The notes under the pieces are model-generated. The model did not search any database. It was not told where the DNA came from and saw nothing but the letters and a program-made list of their open reading frames with translations. A stretch of DNA of 42,222 bases from Chloroflexota bacterium (GTDB taxonomy: Bacteria > Chloroflexota > Anaerolineae > UBA1429): the NCBI GenBank assembly GCA_012515695.1, contig JAAYXX010000322.1, positions 1 to 42,222 of the forward strand. The letters are read 5' to 3'. The position numbers were made by a program, and so were the translations under genes. This document shows positions 25,975 through 33,972 of the stretch, piece by piece. Within the stretch, counting starts at the first letter, position 1; the number at the start of each line of letters is the position of its first letter.

Positions 25975-27473
25975 CGGCAAAAGTATTGATGGTCCAGGGA
26001 ACCAGCTCTTCCGTGGGCAAGAGCTTGCTCACGGCGGCCCTCTGCCGCATCTACACGCTCAAGGGCGTGCGGGTGGCCCCGTTCAAGGCGCAGAACATGT
26101 CCAACAACGCCGCCGTTTGCCCCGATGGCTCGGAGATTGGGCGGGCGCAAGCGGTACAGGCGATTGCCTGCGGCCTGCAACCCACCGCCGAGATGAACCC
26201 CATTCTGCTCAAGCCCGAAGCCGATACCCGCTCCCAGGTGATCGTCATGGGTCGCCCGTGGGGAAACCCCACCGCCCGCGAGTATTACAAGCATCGCGAC
26301 GAGATGTGGCGCATCGTCACCGGCGCGCTGGATCGCCTGCGCGAGCAATACGACCTGGTCATCATGGAGGGCGCGGGCAGTCCCGTGGAACTCAACCTGA
26401 AGGATGGCGATATCGTCAATATGGCGATTGCCTCCTACGCGCAGGCGGCGGTGTTGCTGGCGGGCGATATTGACCGGGGCGGCATTTTCGCCCAGCTTTT
26501 GGGCACTCTTTGGCTGCTGCCCCCCGAAGAGCGAGCGCTGGTCAAGGGGCTGCTGGTGAACAAGTTCCGTGGCGACTCGGCGCTGTTTATAGACGGCGTG
26601 CGTATCCTGGAGGAGCGCGGCAACGTTCCGGTGTTGGGGGTAATTCCCTGGCTGCCCAATCTGGCCGTGCCGGAAGAAGACGCCGTGGCCCTGGACACCC
26701 TCGCGTCACGTGTGGCCGACGTGCCCGAAGGGCGGGTGGACATTGCTGTCATCCACCTGCCACATATCGCCAATTTCGACGATTTCGACCCATTGGCGGC
26801 AGAGGCGGGCGTACGCCTGCGCTATGTCTCCACGCTAGAGGAACTGGGCCAGCCCCATGCCATCATCCTGCCGGGAACCAAAAGTACCCTGGCCGACCTA
26901 GGCTGGCTGCAAGCGCACGGGCTGGCGGACGCCATCGTCAAGCACGCCGAGCGCGGCGGGGCGGTGGTGGGCATTTGCGGCGGCTATCAGATGTTGGGCC
27001 GCGCCATTTACGACCCGCAGCATGCCGAGTCGCGTGATGACCACGCCAATGGGCTGGGGCTGTTGCCGGTAGAGACCGTCTTCAATGGACCCAAGGCCAC
27101 CTATCAGGCCAAAGCCACGATCATGGGCGGGCCCGGTTGGCTGGGCAAGCTCGGCGGGGTTGTGCTGGAAGGGTACGAGATTCACGTAGGCCAGACTACT
27201 GTGGAAACCCCGTGGCTGAGCATCATGCGGCGCGGCCAATCGGAGCCGGTGCCGGATGGAGCCGATAGCTACGATGGGCGCGTGTGGGGCTGTTACCTGC
27301 ATGGATTGTTCGCATCCGCCGAGTTCCGGCGAGCGTGGTTGACCTCGATGGGCTGGCAGGAACAGGCAACGGGGCAGGGGCACGACGTCCTGGAGCAATT
27401 GGACCGTCTGGCCGCCGCCGTGGAACGAGAGCTGAACATGGAACTGTTGGAGAAGATCATATGGGAGAGATGA
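25971..27473 (+). CDS. cobQ: cobyric acid synthase (CobQ/CbiP)
   Basis: ORF 25674..27473 trimmed to ATG 25971, overlapping the cobC stop (ATGA). VQGTSSSVGKS, PFKAQNMSNNA, and a C-terminal GATase segment ICGGYQMLG. Confidence 0.85.
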   Translation: MTAKVLMVQGTSSSVGKSLLTAALCRIYTLKGVRVAPFKAQNMSNNAAVCPDGSEIGRAQAVQAIACGLQPTAEMNPILLKPEADTRSQVIVMGRPWGNPTAREYYKHRDEMWRIVTGALDRLREQYDLVIMEGAGSPVELNLKDGDIVNMAIASYAQAAVLLAGDIDRGGIFAQLLGTLWLLPPEERALVKGLLVNKFRGDSALFIDGVRILEERGNVPVLGVIPWLPNLAVPEEDAVALDTLASRVADVPEGRVDIAVIHLPHIANFDDFDPLAAEAGVRLRYVSTLEELGQPHAIILPGTKSTLADLGWLQAHGLADAIVKHAERGGAVVGICGGYQMLGRAIYDPQHAESRDDHANGLGLLPVETVFNGPKATYQAKATIMGGPGWLGKLGGVVLEGYEIHVGQTTVETPWLSIMRRGQSEPVPDGADSYDGRVWGCYLHGLFASAEFRRAWLTSMGWQEQATGQGHDVLEQLDRLAAAVERELNMELLEKIIWER

Positions 27474-28048
27474 TGCTCATTTTGGGCGGGGCGCGCAGCG
27501 GCAAAAGCTCCTATGCCCAACGACTGGCCCACGAGTTGGGAGGCGGGCGCGTATTGTTCGTCGCCACCGCCGAAGCGGGCGATGAAGAGATGCAGGCGCG
27601 TATCGCCGACCATCGCCGTTCCCGCCCGGCGGGTTGGCGCACGGTAGAGGCCCCGCGCAACGTGGCTCAGGCAATCGCCCCCGCCATCCAGGACGCTCGC
27701 GTGGTGCTGGTGGATTGCATCACGCTGCTGACCAGCAACGTCTTGCTGGCGGGCGGGGAATCTCCCGACGCGCAGCAGGCGGAGCGAGATGTCGTGCAAG
27801 AGATCGACGCCCTGTGCGCGCTGGCGCGCCACGAAGCCGCCACCTTTATCCTGGTCAGCAACGAAGTGGGACTGGGGCTGGTGCCGGTGTACGAGTTGGG
27901 CCGCCTGTACCGCGACGTGCTAGGCCGGGCCAACCAGATATTGGCGACGCAGGCGGATCAAGTAGTGTTGCTGATCGCCGGGCTGCCCGTCGAACTCAAG
28001 GCATTGCAGGCGGCCATCGCCAAAGGGGCAGGTATCTCTACTCCCTGA
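27461..28048 (+). CDS. cobU: bifunctional adenosylcobinamide kinase / adenosylcobinamide-phosphate guanylyltransferase
   Basis: ORF trimmed to ATG 27461 (MGEMMLILGGARSGKSSYA P-loop). Overlaps the cobQ end. About 195 aa. Confidence 0.85.
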   Translation: MGEMMLILGGARSGKSSYAQRLAHELGGGRVLFVATAEAGDEEMQARIADHRRSRPAGWRTVEAPRNVAQAIAPAIQDARVVLVDCITLLTSNVLLAGGESPDAQQAERDVVQEIDALCALARHEAATFILVSNEVGLGLVPVYELGRLYRDVLGRANQILATQADQVVLLIAGLPVELKALQAAIAKGAGISTP

Positions 28049-28086
28049 ATAACGCTAATTATCTTTGGCCAACCGGAGAACTGTTG

Positions 28087-28553
28087 GAGGCGCGAGTTGC
28101 AGCCATGCAGCCCGCGCCTCCGGCGTTGTGAAACACAGCTACCAGGGACCGCCGGCTTCCAGCCGGCAGAATATAAAGCCGCCAAGGATGGCTAATGGCG
28201 CTAACATTTGATTGTCACGGACGAAAAGCGAGGTAAATGCCGTCCCCTCGCCAGTGGATCACCCTCATCCGCCCCTCCGGGGCACCGGCATGTATGCCGC
28301 TTTCTCCCGGGGGGAGAAGGCGGCAAGCGCGGCATATATGCCACCCTCGCCCTTTGGGAGAGGGGGCGGCTCCGTAGGAGCCGGGGGTGAGGGCCACTCC
28401 GATCTTGCCCCAGCAATTGATCCGCGAAAAGTTAGCCCCATTGGCCAAGGATACCGGCGGGCCAGGGGAAAGAGTGCCGCCATCCTCGGCGGCCAGAGCG
28501 CGCCAGAATGGCGCGGCTACAGGCCAGAACGCGGCAGGAATGCCGCGGCTACG
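28087..28553. repeat. about 470-bp non-coding cluster of REP-like hairpin repeats (families A and B plus others)
   Basis: Contents: ggaggcgcg...cgcgcctcc (28087-28121); family A copy 2 (28146-28188); cggcatgtatgccg and gcggcatatatgcc hairpins; family B copy (28344-28393); two tandem units gcgcc-agaat-ggcgc-ggctac / gcggc-aggaat-gccgc-ggctac (28498-28552). Confidence 0.8.
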
Positions 28554-29607
28554 GCTGGGTGTTGTTTGTCGTAGAACGCGCCAAATCCTGGAACCGGCGT
28601 CCCGCCTGCACCAGGGCGCGGATGTTTTCCGGCGGGGTGTTGGGCGGCACGTCGCAGCCCGAACTGAGCAGCAAACGTCCCCGGCCCGCCACGCGGGTCA
28701 GCAGTTCATTTACGCGTTGCTCGACCAGTTCCGGCGTGCCGTCCAGCAGCGCGCCCACCGGGTCAATGTTCCCTCGCAGGGCCATGCGCGGCCCGGCCAA
28801 TTCCAACGCACGCGCCGGGTCTACCTGCCAGTCAATATCCATGACATCGGTGCCGGTGGCCGCCACATCGGGGATAATCGGCTCTGTCTGGCCGCAAATG
28901 TGCATGATGGTGGTCTCGCAGCCCGCCGCGTGCAGGCCCTCCACCAGTTGCCGCTGGTGGTCAGCCACGTGCTGACGATACATCGCGGGCGAGATAAACT
29001 CGGGCGAGGATGTCGCCTCGCCGATGGCGATGGCGTGCGCCCCCGCTTGCAGCAGCGCGCGCCCGCATACGATGCCCACTTGCGTGGTAAAGGCGAATAA
29101 TTCTTGCGCCCATGCAGGCCGCTCGATCAGGTCGATGAGCATGTGCTCGATGCCGCGCAACTGGGTCGCCATGAGCAGCGGTCCCCGCAGCGTGGCGATG
29201 ATCCATGCTTCCCTGCCCACTGCCGCGCTCACGTGCGCTACGGCCTCGGCAAACATGCCCAGCCTGCCGTCGCGCTCTGGGTTGGGCAGGCGCAGCGCGG
29301 TCAGATCGGCGGGGCATTGCAGCAAGGGGGCTACCACGGCGGGCAGCCCGTCCTCCGGCTGGTGGGTGCGGCTGCCCAGGGCTTCCGCTTCGGCGGCCAC
29401 CCCCAGGCTGAGTTGAATGCCGTCGTACCCAAAGGCGCGATAGGCGGCCAGCACGCAATCGGCCATGAGGCGCGGGTTGGTGGCATATTCCCCGATGGAG
29501 CAGCCCAGCAGGCGGGTGGACATGGTGTGCAGGATGGGGCAGATGGGCACATGGGCCGCTGGTTTTCCGCTCAACGTGGCGCGCACGCGTTCTATTCCGG
29601 TGGTCAT
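28549..29607 (-). CDS. uroporphyrinogen decarboxylase (URO-D / MtaA-like) family protein, second paralog
   Basis: 352 aa. Family-like pattern (RVRATLSGKPAAHVPICP, IATLRGPLLMATQLRG, IAIGEATSSPEFISP, IMHICGQT, LLLSSGCDVPPNTP). Convergent with the cob operon. Confidence 0.7.
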   Translation of the reverse strand: MTTGIERVRATLSGKPAAHVPICPILHTMSTRLLGCSIGEYATNPRLMADCVLAAYRAFGYDGIQLSLGVAAEAEALGSRTHQPEDGLPAVVAPLLQCPADLTALRLPNPERDGRLGMFAEAVAHVSAAVGREAWIIATLRGPLLMATQLRGIEHMLIDLIERPAWAQELFAFTTQVGIVCGRALLQAGAHAIAIGEATSSPEFISPAMYRQHVADHQRQLVEGLHAAGCETTIMHICGQTEPIIPDVAATGTDVMDIDWQVDPARALELAGPRMALRGNIDPVGALLDGTPELVEQRVNELLTRVAGRGRLLLSSGCDVPPNTPPENIRALVQAGRRFQDLARSTTNNTQP

Positions 29608-29642
29608 CGCAGCACCTCCCGCGCAAAATGGACAACGGGGGG

Positions 29643-29651
29643 ATTATACCA
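29643..29651 (-). promoter_or_regulatory. extended -10 element TGGTATAAT for the URO-D-like gene
   Basis: The reverse complement of attatacca (29643-29651) reads TGGTATAAT, about 35 nt upstream of the ATG at 29607. Confidence 0.35.
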
Positions 29652-29734
29652 GGCGGCGGCCCCCTCGTCGAGATTCAAGCCAGGGATGTAATCCCAGCCA
29701 TAGACGGCCCAGGCATTGGAGCGCGTGCGCGGGT

Positions 29735-29762
29735 TTGCAAAAGGGCCACAAGAGTTTAGAAT
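29735..29762 (+). promoter_or_regulatory. candidate promoter TTGCAA-16-TAGAAT
   Basis: TTGCAA at 29735-29740 and TAGAAT at 29757-29762, upstream of the coiled-coil/SPFH gene pair. Confidence 0.45.
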
Positions 29763-29768
29763 ACTGCG

Positions 29769-29783
29769 TGATATCTGATATCA
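29769..29783. promoter_or_regulatory. 15-bp perfect palindrome TGATATC-T-GATATCA (candidate operator at the transcription start)
   Basis: Read directly. Begins 7 nt downstream of the TAGAAT -10 element. Confidence 0.5.
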
Positions 29784-29905
29784 TAGCCGACGCTGAACGC
29801 ATAGGAGGAATCACCTTCGATCAGATATGGCGGAACTGGGTCGAGCTTCGCTGCGTATAGTGTCTGTCGTAGCCGCAACCAAGGCAGGTAGGAGGGCAAG
29901 TTACA

Positions 29906-30427
29906 ATGGTAGATAACCTTACAGAGAGGGTGCAGGGTTCCCGCAACAAGTTTGAAGAGCTGGTTGCCAAGATTCCCGGATACCGAGGGTATAAGCAAAA
30001 GGAAGAGCGCCGGGAGGCCGACAAGCTCTTGCGCCTGCACATCGCCCGGCAGTACGATGAGCAACTGGCGCGGCTGAACGAGCTGCAATTTGCGCTGACC
30101 TCGTCGAAAAGGCTCGACCTGGTTGTGGTGCTAGAGCGGGCCGCGACCAAGCTGCAATTGCTCATTGACCGGCTCAAGACGGCCAGCTATGGCTATGCCG
30201 GGCTGTTCGACGCCGTCAAGGTGGATGAGGATGTGTTGGACAGAATGTATGACTTTGACGAGGGTATGTTGGCAGGGGTAGATCAACTTTCCGCCCTGCT
30301 GGATACCATGTTCGAAGCGGTTGCCTCTGAGGCGTTGACGGTTGTCGATGCCAACAAACTGGTAAGCCAACTTGATGCGTTGAACAATACCTTCAGCCAA
30401 CGGCAGGATATTATTCTCGAAGCGTAA
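29906..30427 (+). CDS. uncharacterised helical/coiled-coil protein (173 aa)
   Basis: AGGAGG SD lies 8-9 nt upstream of the ATG. Heptad-like helical sequence (KQKEERREADKLLRLHIARQYDEQLARLNELQ...). No family recognised. A 24-nt gap to the SPFH gene suggests an operon. Confidence 0.55.
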   Translation: MVDNLTERVQGSRNKFEELVAKIPGYRGYKQKEERREADKLLRLHIARQYDEQLARLNELQFALTSSKRLDLVVVLERAATKLQLLIDRLKTASYGYAGLFDAVKVDEDVLDRMYDFDEGMLAGVDQLSALLDTMFEAVASEALTVVDANKLVSQLDALNNTFSQRQDIILEA

Positions 30428-30451
30428 TAGCCAGACGAAGGAGATCGACTC

Positions 30452-31450
30452 ATGGCAAGGATTCTAGATGTTGTTGAATATCCCAATATGGGAAGCGACG
30501 AGATCGTGCATCGCATCCCCGAGCGGGGGGCGGGCGATTTCCGCCTTGGTTCGCAGTTGATCGTGCGAGAAGGCCAGGCTGCCATCTTTTTCCGGGATGG
30601 CAAGGCGCTGGACGCATTTGGCCCTGGGCGGCATACCCTCACCACGGCCAACCTGCCCCTGCTGGTAAACCTGGTGAAAAAGGTCTTTAGCGGGGATACG
30701 CCATTCACCGCCGAGTGCTATTTCGTAAATACCACCGATATACTGGATCAGCGGTGGGGCACGCCAGAGCCGATTACGCTGCGAGATGAAGTGCTGCGAA
30801 TGGTGCGTATTCGCGCCCACGGCACATACAATATGCAGGTGACGGACCCGCAGCTTTTCGTCGCTCAGATCGTGGGTGCGCGGGGATACTATAGCACCAA
30901 GGACATTGAGAATTACCTGCGAAGCATCATCATCAACCGCCTGACGGACCTGCTCGGCGAGAATACCAAGTCCATCCTCGACCTGCCCGCCATGTTCGAA
31001 GAGGTCTCGGCGGGGGCGCGCGTCCGGCTACGCGGCGACTTTGCCGCGCTGGGCCTGACCCTGAAGCAACTGTATATTCTGTCGGTCAGCCCCACCGAAG
31101 AGACGAGCAAGGCCATTGACGAGGCCGCCTCGATGGGAGCCGTCGGCGATATGGATCGCTACATGAAGTTCAAGGCGGCGCGGGCCATCGGCGACGCGGC
31201 TACGGCGGGTGGCGCTGCTGGAGAGGCCACTCAGGCAGGGCTGGGGCTGGGGACCGGCCTGGCTGCGGGGCGGATTCTGGCCGAGTCGTTGGTCACTCCA
31301 TCTACGCCAGCCGCTCCGCCCGCGGGGGCTGCCCCGGCAGCGCCAGACCCCATGCAGACCTTGAAGCAACTCAAAGACCTGCTGGATGCGGGGCTGATTT
31401 CGCAAGAGGATTACGACGCCAAGAAAAAAGACATTCTGGACAGGCTCTAG
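30452..31450 (+). CDS. SPFH/Band-7-like protein (COG4260, YdjI-like) with C-terminal SHOCT domain
   Basis: The N-terminus MARILDVVEYPNMGSDEIVHRIPE...GSQLIVREGQAAIFFRDGKALDAFGPGRHTLTTANLPLL matches the Band_7_1 pattern. Then an Ala/Gly/Pro linker and LKQLKDLLDAGLISQEDYDAKKKDIL (SHOCT consensus). Confidence 0.8.
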   Translation: MARILDVVEYPNMGSDEIVHRIPERGAGDFRLGSQLIVREGQAAIFFRDGKALDAFGPGRHTLTTANLPLLVNLVKKVFSGDTPFTAECYFVNTTDILDQRWGTPEPITLRDEVLRMVRIRAHGTYNMQVTDPQLFVAQIVGARGYYSTKDIENYLRSIIINRLTDLLGENTKSILDLPAMFEEVSAGARVRLRGDFAALGLTLKQLYILSVSPTEETSKAIDEAASMGAVGDMDRYMKFKAARAIGDAATAGGAAGEATQAGLGLGTGLAAGRILAESLVTPSTPAAPPAGAAPAAPDPMQTLKQLKDLLDAGLISQEDYDAKKKDILDRL

Positions 31451-31507
31451 GCCCTTCCAGGGGCGCAGGGGTTCGCTCCCGCGCCTTTCGACAGCAAATG
31501 GCGAGAC

Positions 31508-31594
31508 GAACCACGGAACGCATGGGCAGCGGGGAGCCGGGCGCCGCCACCGGGCGCCGCCACTTGGCGCTGTTGCTTGTGCCTTTCGTGGTTC
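31508..31594. repeat. 87-nt inverted-repeat-bounded element with internal tandem 13-mer
   Basis: gaaccacggaa (31508-31518) pairs with tttcgtggttc (31584-31594), including one G-U. The interior has CGGGCGCCGCCAC twice in tandem (31538-31563). Confidence 0.6.
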
Positions 31595-31664
31595 ATCATT
31601 CATCCATGACTGGCAGAACCATCACCCTTGCTGGCGCTGCGTTTCCGGCTAGGCCATTTTGCGT

Positions 31665-31693
31665 TTGCCCTATTGGGCGTTATGGTGTATGAT
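31665..31693 (+). promoter_or_regulatory. candidate promoter TTGCCC-17-TATGAT for rplI
   Basis: TTGCCC at 31665-31670 and TATGAT at 31688-31693, about 37 nt upstream of the rplI ATG. Confidence 0.45.
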
Positions 31694-31729
31694 GGGATCG
31701 CGTTCCCATTTATAGACTGAGGGATACTT

Positions 31730-32185
31730 ATGCGAGTAATTCTCCTAAAAGATGTCAAGAGGCTGGGTAAAGCCGGCGAAGAAAAGAATGTGGCCGAAGG
31801 GTATGCCCGGAATTTTCTGATTCCTCGCGGGCTGGCCATGCTGGCTACCGACGCGGCGCGTGCTCAGGTTGCCAGCCAGGCTGCGTCTCGCGCTCGTCAG
31901 GAGGCCGACGAAAAGGCCGCCGCTCAGGCCCAGGCCCAACAGATGGAAAACGTCGAGCTGGTCTTCAAGATGCGTACGGGCGAATCGGGGCGGCTGTATG
32001 GGTCCGTAACGAATGCCGACATCGCCGAAAAGCTTGAGGAGCGCGTTGGGCAGGCTATCGACAAGCGCAAGATCCAACTGGAAGAGCCTATCAAGGAAAT
32101 TGGCAGGCAAAAGGTAGAAGTCAAGCTACATCCTGACGTCAAAGTCACCCTCACGGTGATCGTCGAGCCGGAAGAGGTCGCCTGA
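31730..32185 (+). CDS. rplI: 50S ribosomal protein L9
   Basis: [36 protein letters not shown] is the canonical L9 N-terminus. 151 aa. Confidence 0.9.
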   Translation: MRVILLKDVKRLGKAGEEKNVAEGYARNFLIPRGLAMLATDAARAQVASQAASRARQEADEKAAAQAQAQQMENVELVFKMRTGESGRLYGSVTNADIAEKLEERVGQAIDKRKIQLEEPIKEIGRQKVEVKLHPDVKVTLTVIVEPEEVA

Positions 32186-32328
32186 CGCTTACTTTAGCGC
32201 GCGCGGTAGGGCGGCTCTGCGCCGCCTTGCCATCGTTCGCGCTCCTCGACCTGCCGCTGCGCCGGAGGTTGGGGTGCGCTGCAAGGTTTGTGCCTCGTTG
32301 ATCGCGGTCCAGGGTCTGGTCTTCTGCT

Positions 32329-32397
32329 ATTACCCATTTTCTCATTACCCATTCTGGTATTACCAATTAGAAAATACCCAATAGGACAGCGTTGTCC
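32329..32397. promoter_or_regulatory. AT-rich array of four direct repeats (A)TTACC(C/A)A(T/A)T at about 15-bp spacing, plus GGACA-N4-TGTCC palindrome
   Basis: ATTACCCATT at 32329-32338 and 32344-32353, ATTACCAATT at 32360-32369, AATACCCAATA at 32373-32383. Then ggacagcgttgtcc at 32384-32397. Lies upstream of the efflux operon promoter. Confidence 0.55.
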
Positions 32398-32436
32398 CAC
32401 CCGAATCATGTGACCGGTACATATCACTCTTTAGCC

Positions 32437-32465
32437 TTGACAAAGGTTGACTATAGATTTATCCT
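32437..32465 (+). promoter_or_regulatory. candidate promoter TTGACA-17-TATCCT of the efflux operon
   Basis: TTGACA at 32437-32442 and TATCCT at 32460-32465, about 90 nt upstream of the adaptor gene. Confidence 0.35.
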
Positions 32466-32552
32466 AGTCACATACGAGGCGTGTCGTGCATATTGATGAT
32501 CTCTTGGCTGACTGCAAGGTTGCAGGCATAACACTTTCAGGGAGAACGGTCC

Positions 32553-33941
32553 ATGTCCCCACGATTCTGTCGCGCGCTTCTGGGTCTTGCCTTGGTAGTT
32601 GTCCTCCTTACTTCTATCGGCTGCGATGCAGTCGTGCCCTCGAGTAAAGAAGAGCCTACGCCTACGCCGATTCCGCCTCCTCCTGTCCCTGCCAAGCCGA
32701 CCTATGTGGTCAAGGTTGGGTTGGTGGAGGATTTGCTCTCTTTTACGGGGCGCGTTTCTCCTTCCGTAGAAGAAGAGTTGTTCTTCCGCGTAGGTGGCCG
32801 GGTTGACAAGGTATATGTCCAACGCAACGACATGATCGAAAAAGGCACCCTCCTGGCCGAACTCGACAACTCGGACCTTTTGAGGCAGCTAGCTCAGGCA
32901 GAGATCGAATTGGAAACAGCCGAGCTAAACCTGCAAGAAGCCAACGCCGCCAAAGAGTTCTCCATTGCCAGAGCGCAACTGAACCTGGATATCAAGGTCC
33001 TCCAGCTTCAGAAGCTAGAGCAACAGCAGCAGCTCTCAAACCCCGATCTGGCAATTGCCGCCGCGAACCTGCAAAAGGCAGATGCCTCCCGCAAAGCTGC
33101 TCAAGCGGCTTATGACGCCCGCGCCAGACAGCCCGGCGTTGAGGCCAGCCCCCAGGCTTTGAACCTCGAACAGGCCACCATCAACTATGATATCGCCCTG
33201 GCGACGTATAACAAGGCCATGCAAGACAGCGAGTTGTCTGGTCGAGAACGCCAATTGGACCTGGAGATTATGCGTAAGCAGATCGCCCTGGCCGAGTTGG
33301 ACCTCAAGCAGTTGCAAGAGGACGTTGATGTGAGCCTGGTGAACGCCGTCGAGCGAGCCAAGTTGACTGTGGAGCGCCTGCAAGCCCAGATTGACGCCAC
33401 CCGTATCATCAGCCCCATCGACGGCAAGGTCACTTCTGTGTCAGCCTACGAAGGGCGCACGATTGACGCCTTCCAGCCCCTCTTTGTTGTAGCCGACGAG
33501 ACCGAGCTAGAGATCACCGCTGATCCTACCAGCAGCGACCTCCAGAAGATGAAGGAAGGCATGCCCGTCACCGTGATCTTTTCCTCGTACCCTGGGCAAG
33601 AGTTCTCTGGCGAAATCGCCCAGTTGCCTTACCCCTATGGGACCGGTGGTGGTAGCACCCAGGTCGAGGAGCAAGACAAGCTGACCCATATCACCTTTAC
33701 CGCGAATAATGTCACCGTCAAGCCCGGTGATCTGGTCAAGGTCATGGTCGTGCTGGAGCAAAAAGACGACGCTCTGTGGCTGCCGCCCGCTGCTATCCGC
33801 ACTTTTGCCGGGCGTCAGTTTGTCGAGATTGAGGAAGGCGGACGCAGCCGCCGAGTCGACGTTACTATCGGCATCGAGAGCGCAGATCGCATCGAGATTC
33901 TGGATGGATTGGAAGAGGGCCAGGTTGTCATAGGCCAGTAA
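32553..33941 (+). CDS. HlyD/MacA-type periplasmic adaptor (membrane-fusion) lipoprotein
   Basis: Signal plus lipobox LLTSIGC. Lipoyl-like hairpin (GRVSPSVEEELFFRVGGRVDKVYVQRNDMIEKGTLLAELD), a long coiled-coil, then beta-barrel segments (ISPIDGKVTSV). Confidence 0.8.
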   Translation: MSPRFCRALLGLALVVVLLTSIGCDAVVPSSKEEPTPTPIPPPPVPAKPTYVVKVGLVEDLLSFTGRVSPSVEEELFFRVGGRVDKVYVQRNDMIEKGTLLAELDNSDLLRQLAQAEIELETAELNLQEANAAKEFSIARAQLNLDIKVLQLQKLEQQQQLSNPDLAIAAANLQKADASRKAAQAAYDARARQPGVEASPQALNLEQATINYDIALATYNKAMQDSELSGRERQLDLEIMRKQIALAELDLKQLQEDVDVSLVNAVERAKLTVERLQAQIDATRIISPIDGKVTSVSAYEGRTIDAFQPLFVVADETELEITADPTSSDLQKMKEGMPVTVIFSSYPGQEFSGEIAQLPYPYGTGGGSTQVEEQDKLTHITFTANNVTVKPGDLVKVMVVLEQKDDALWLPPAAIRTFAGRQFVEIEEGGRSRRVDVTIGIESADRIEILDGLEEGQVVIGQ

Positions 33942-33972
33942 GCGTCATGCTACAATACAAAGGGTCCTGCCG

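Noticed and set aside
28498-28552. Tandem stem-loop units that superficially resemble CRISPR repeats
   Set aside because: There are only two units of about 23 nt separated by 9 nt. There are no spacers of CRISPR length, no leader and no cas genes in the window.
28212-28574. ORFs of 60-120 aa on both strands across the 28.1-28.6 kb spacer, and similar ones at 25178-25508
   Set aside because: They are translations of REP-like hairpin repeats (PSP..GEG/RGRG-type peptides) with no start context. I treat them as non-coding repeats.
32486-32647. 53-codon Cys-rich ORF (GTG start) upstream of and overlapping the adaptor gene start, considered as a possible exported peptide precursor
   Set aside because: It overlaps the signal-peptide region of the well-supported HlyD-type gene in another frame. 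There is no leader-peptide motif or modification enzymes nearby.
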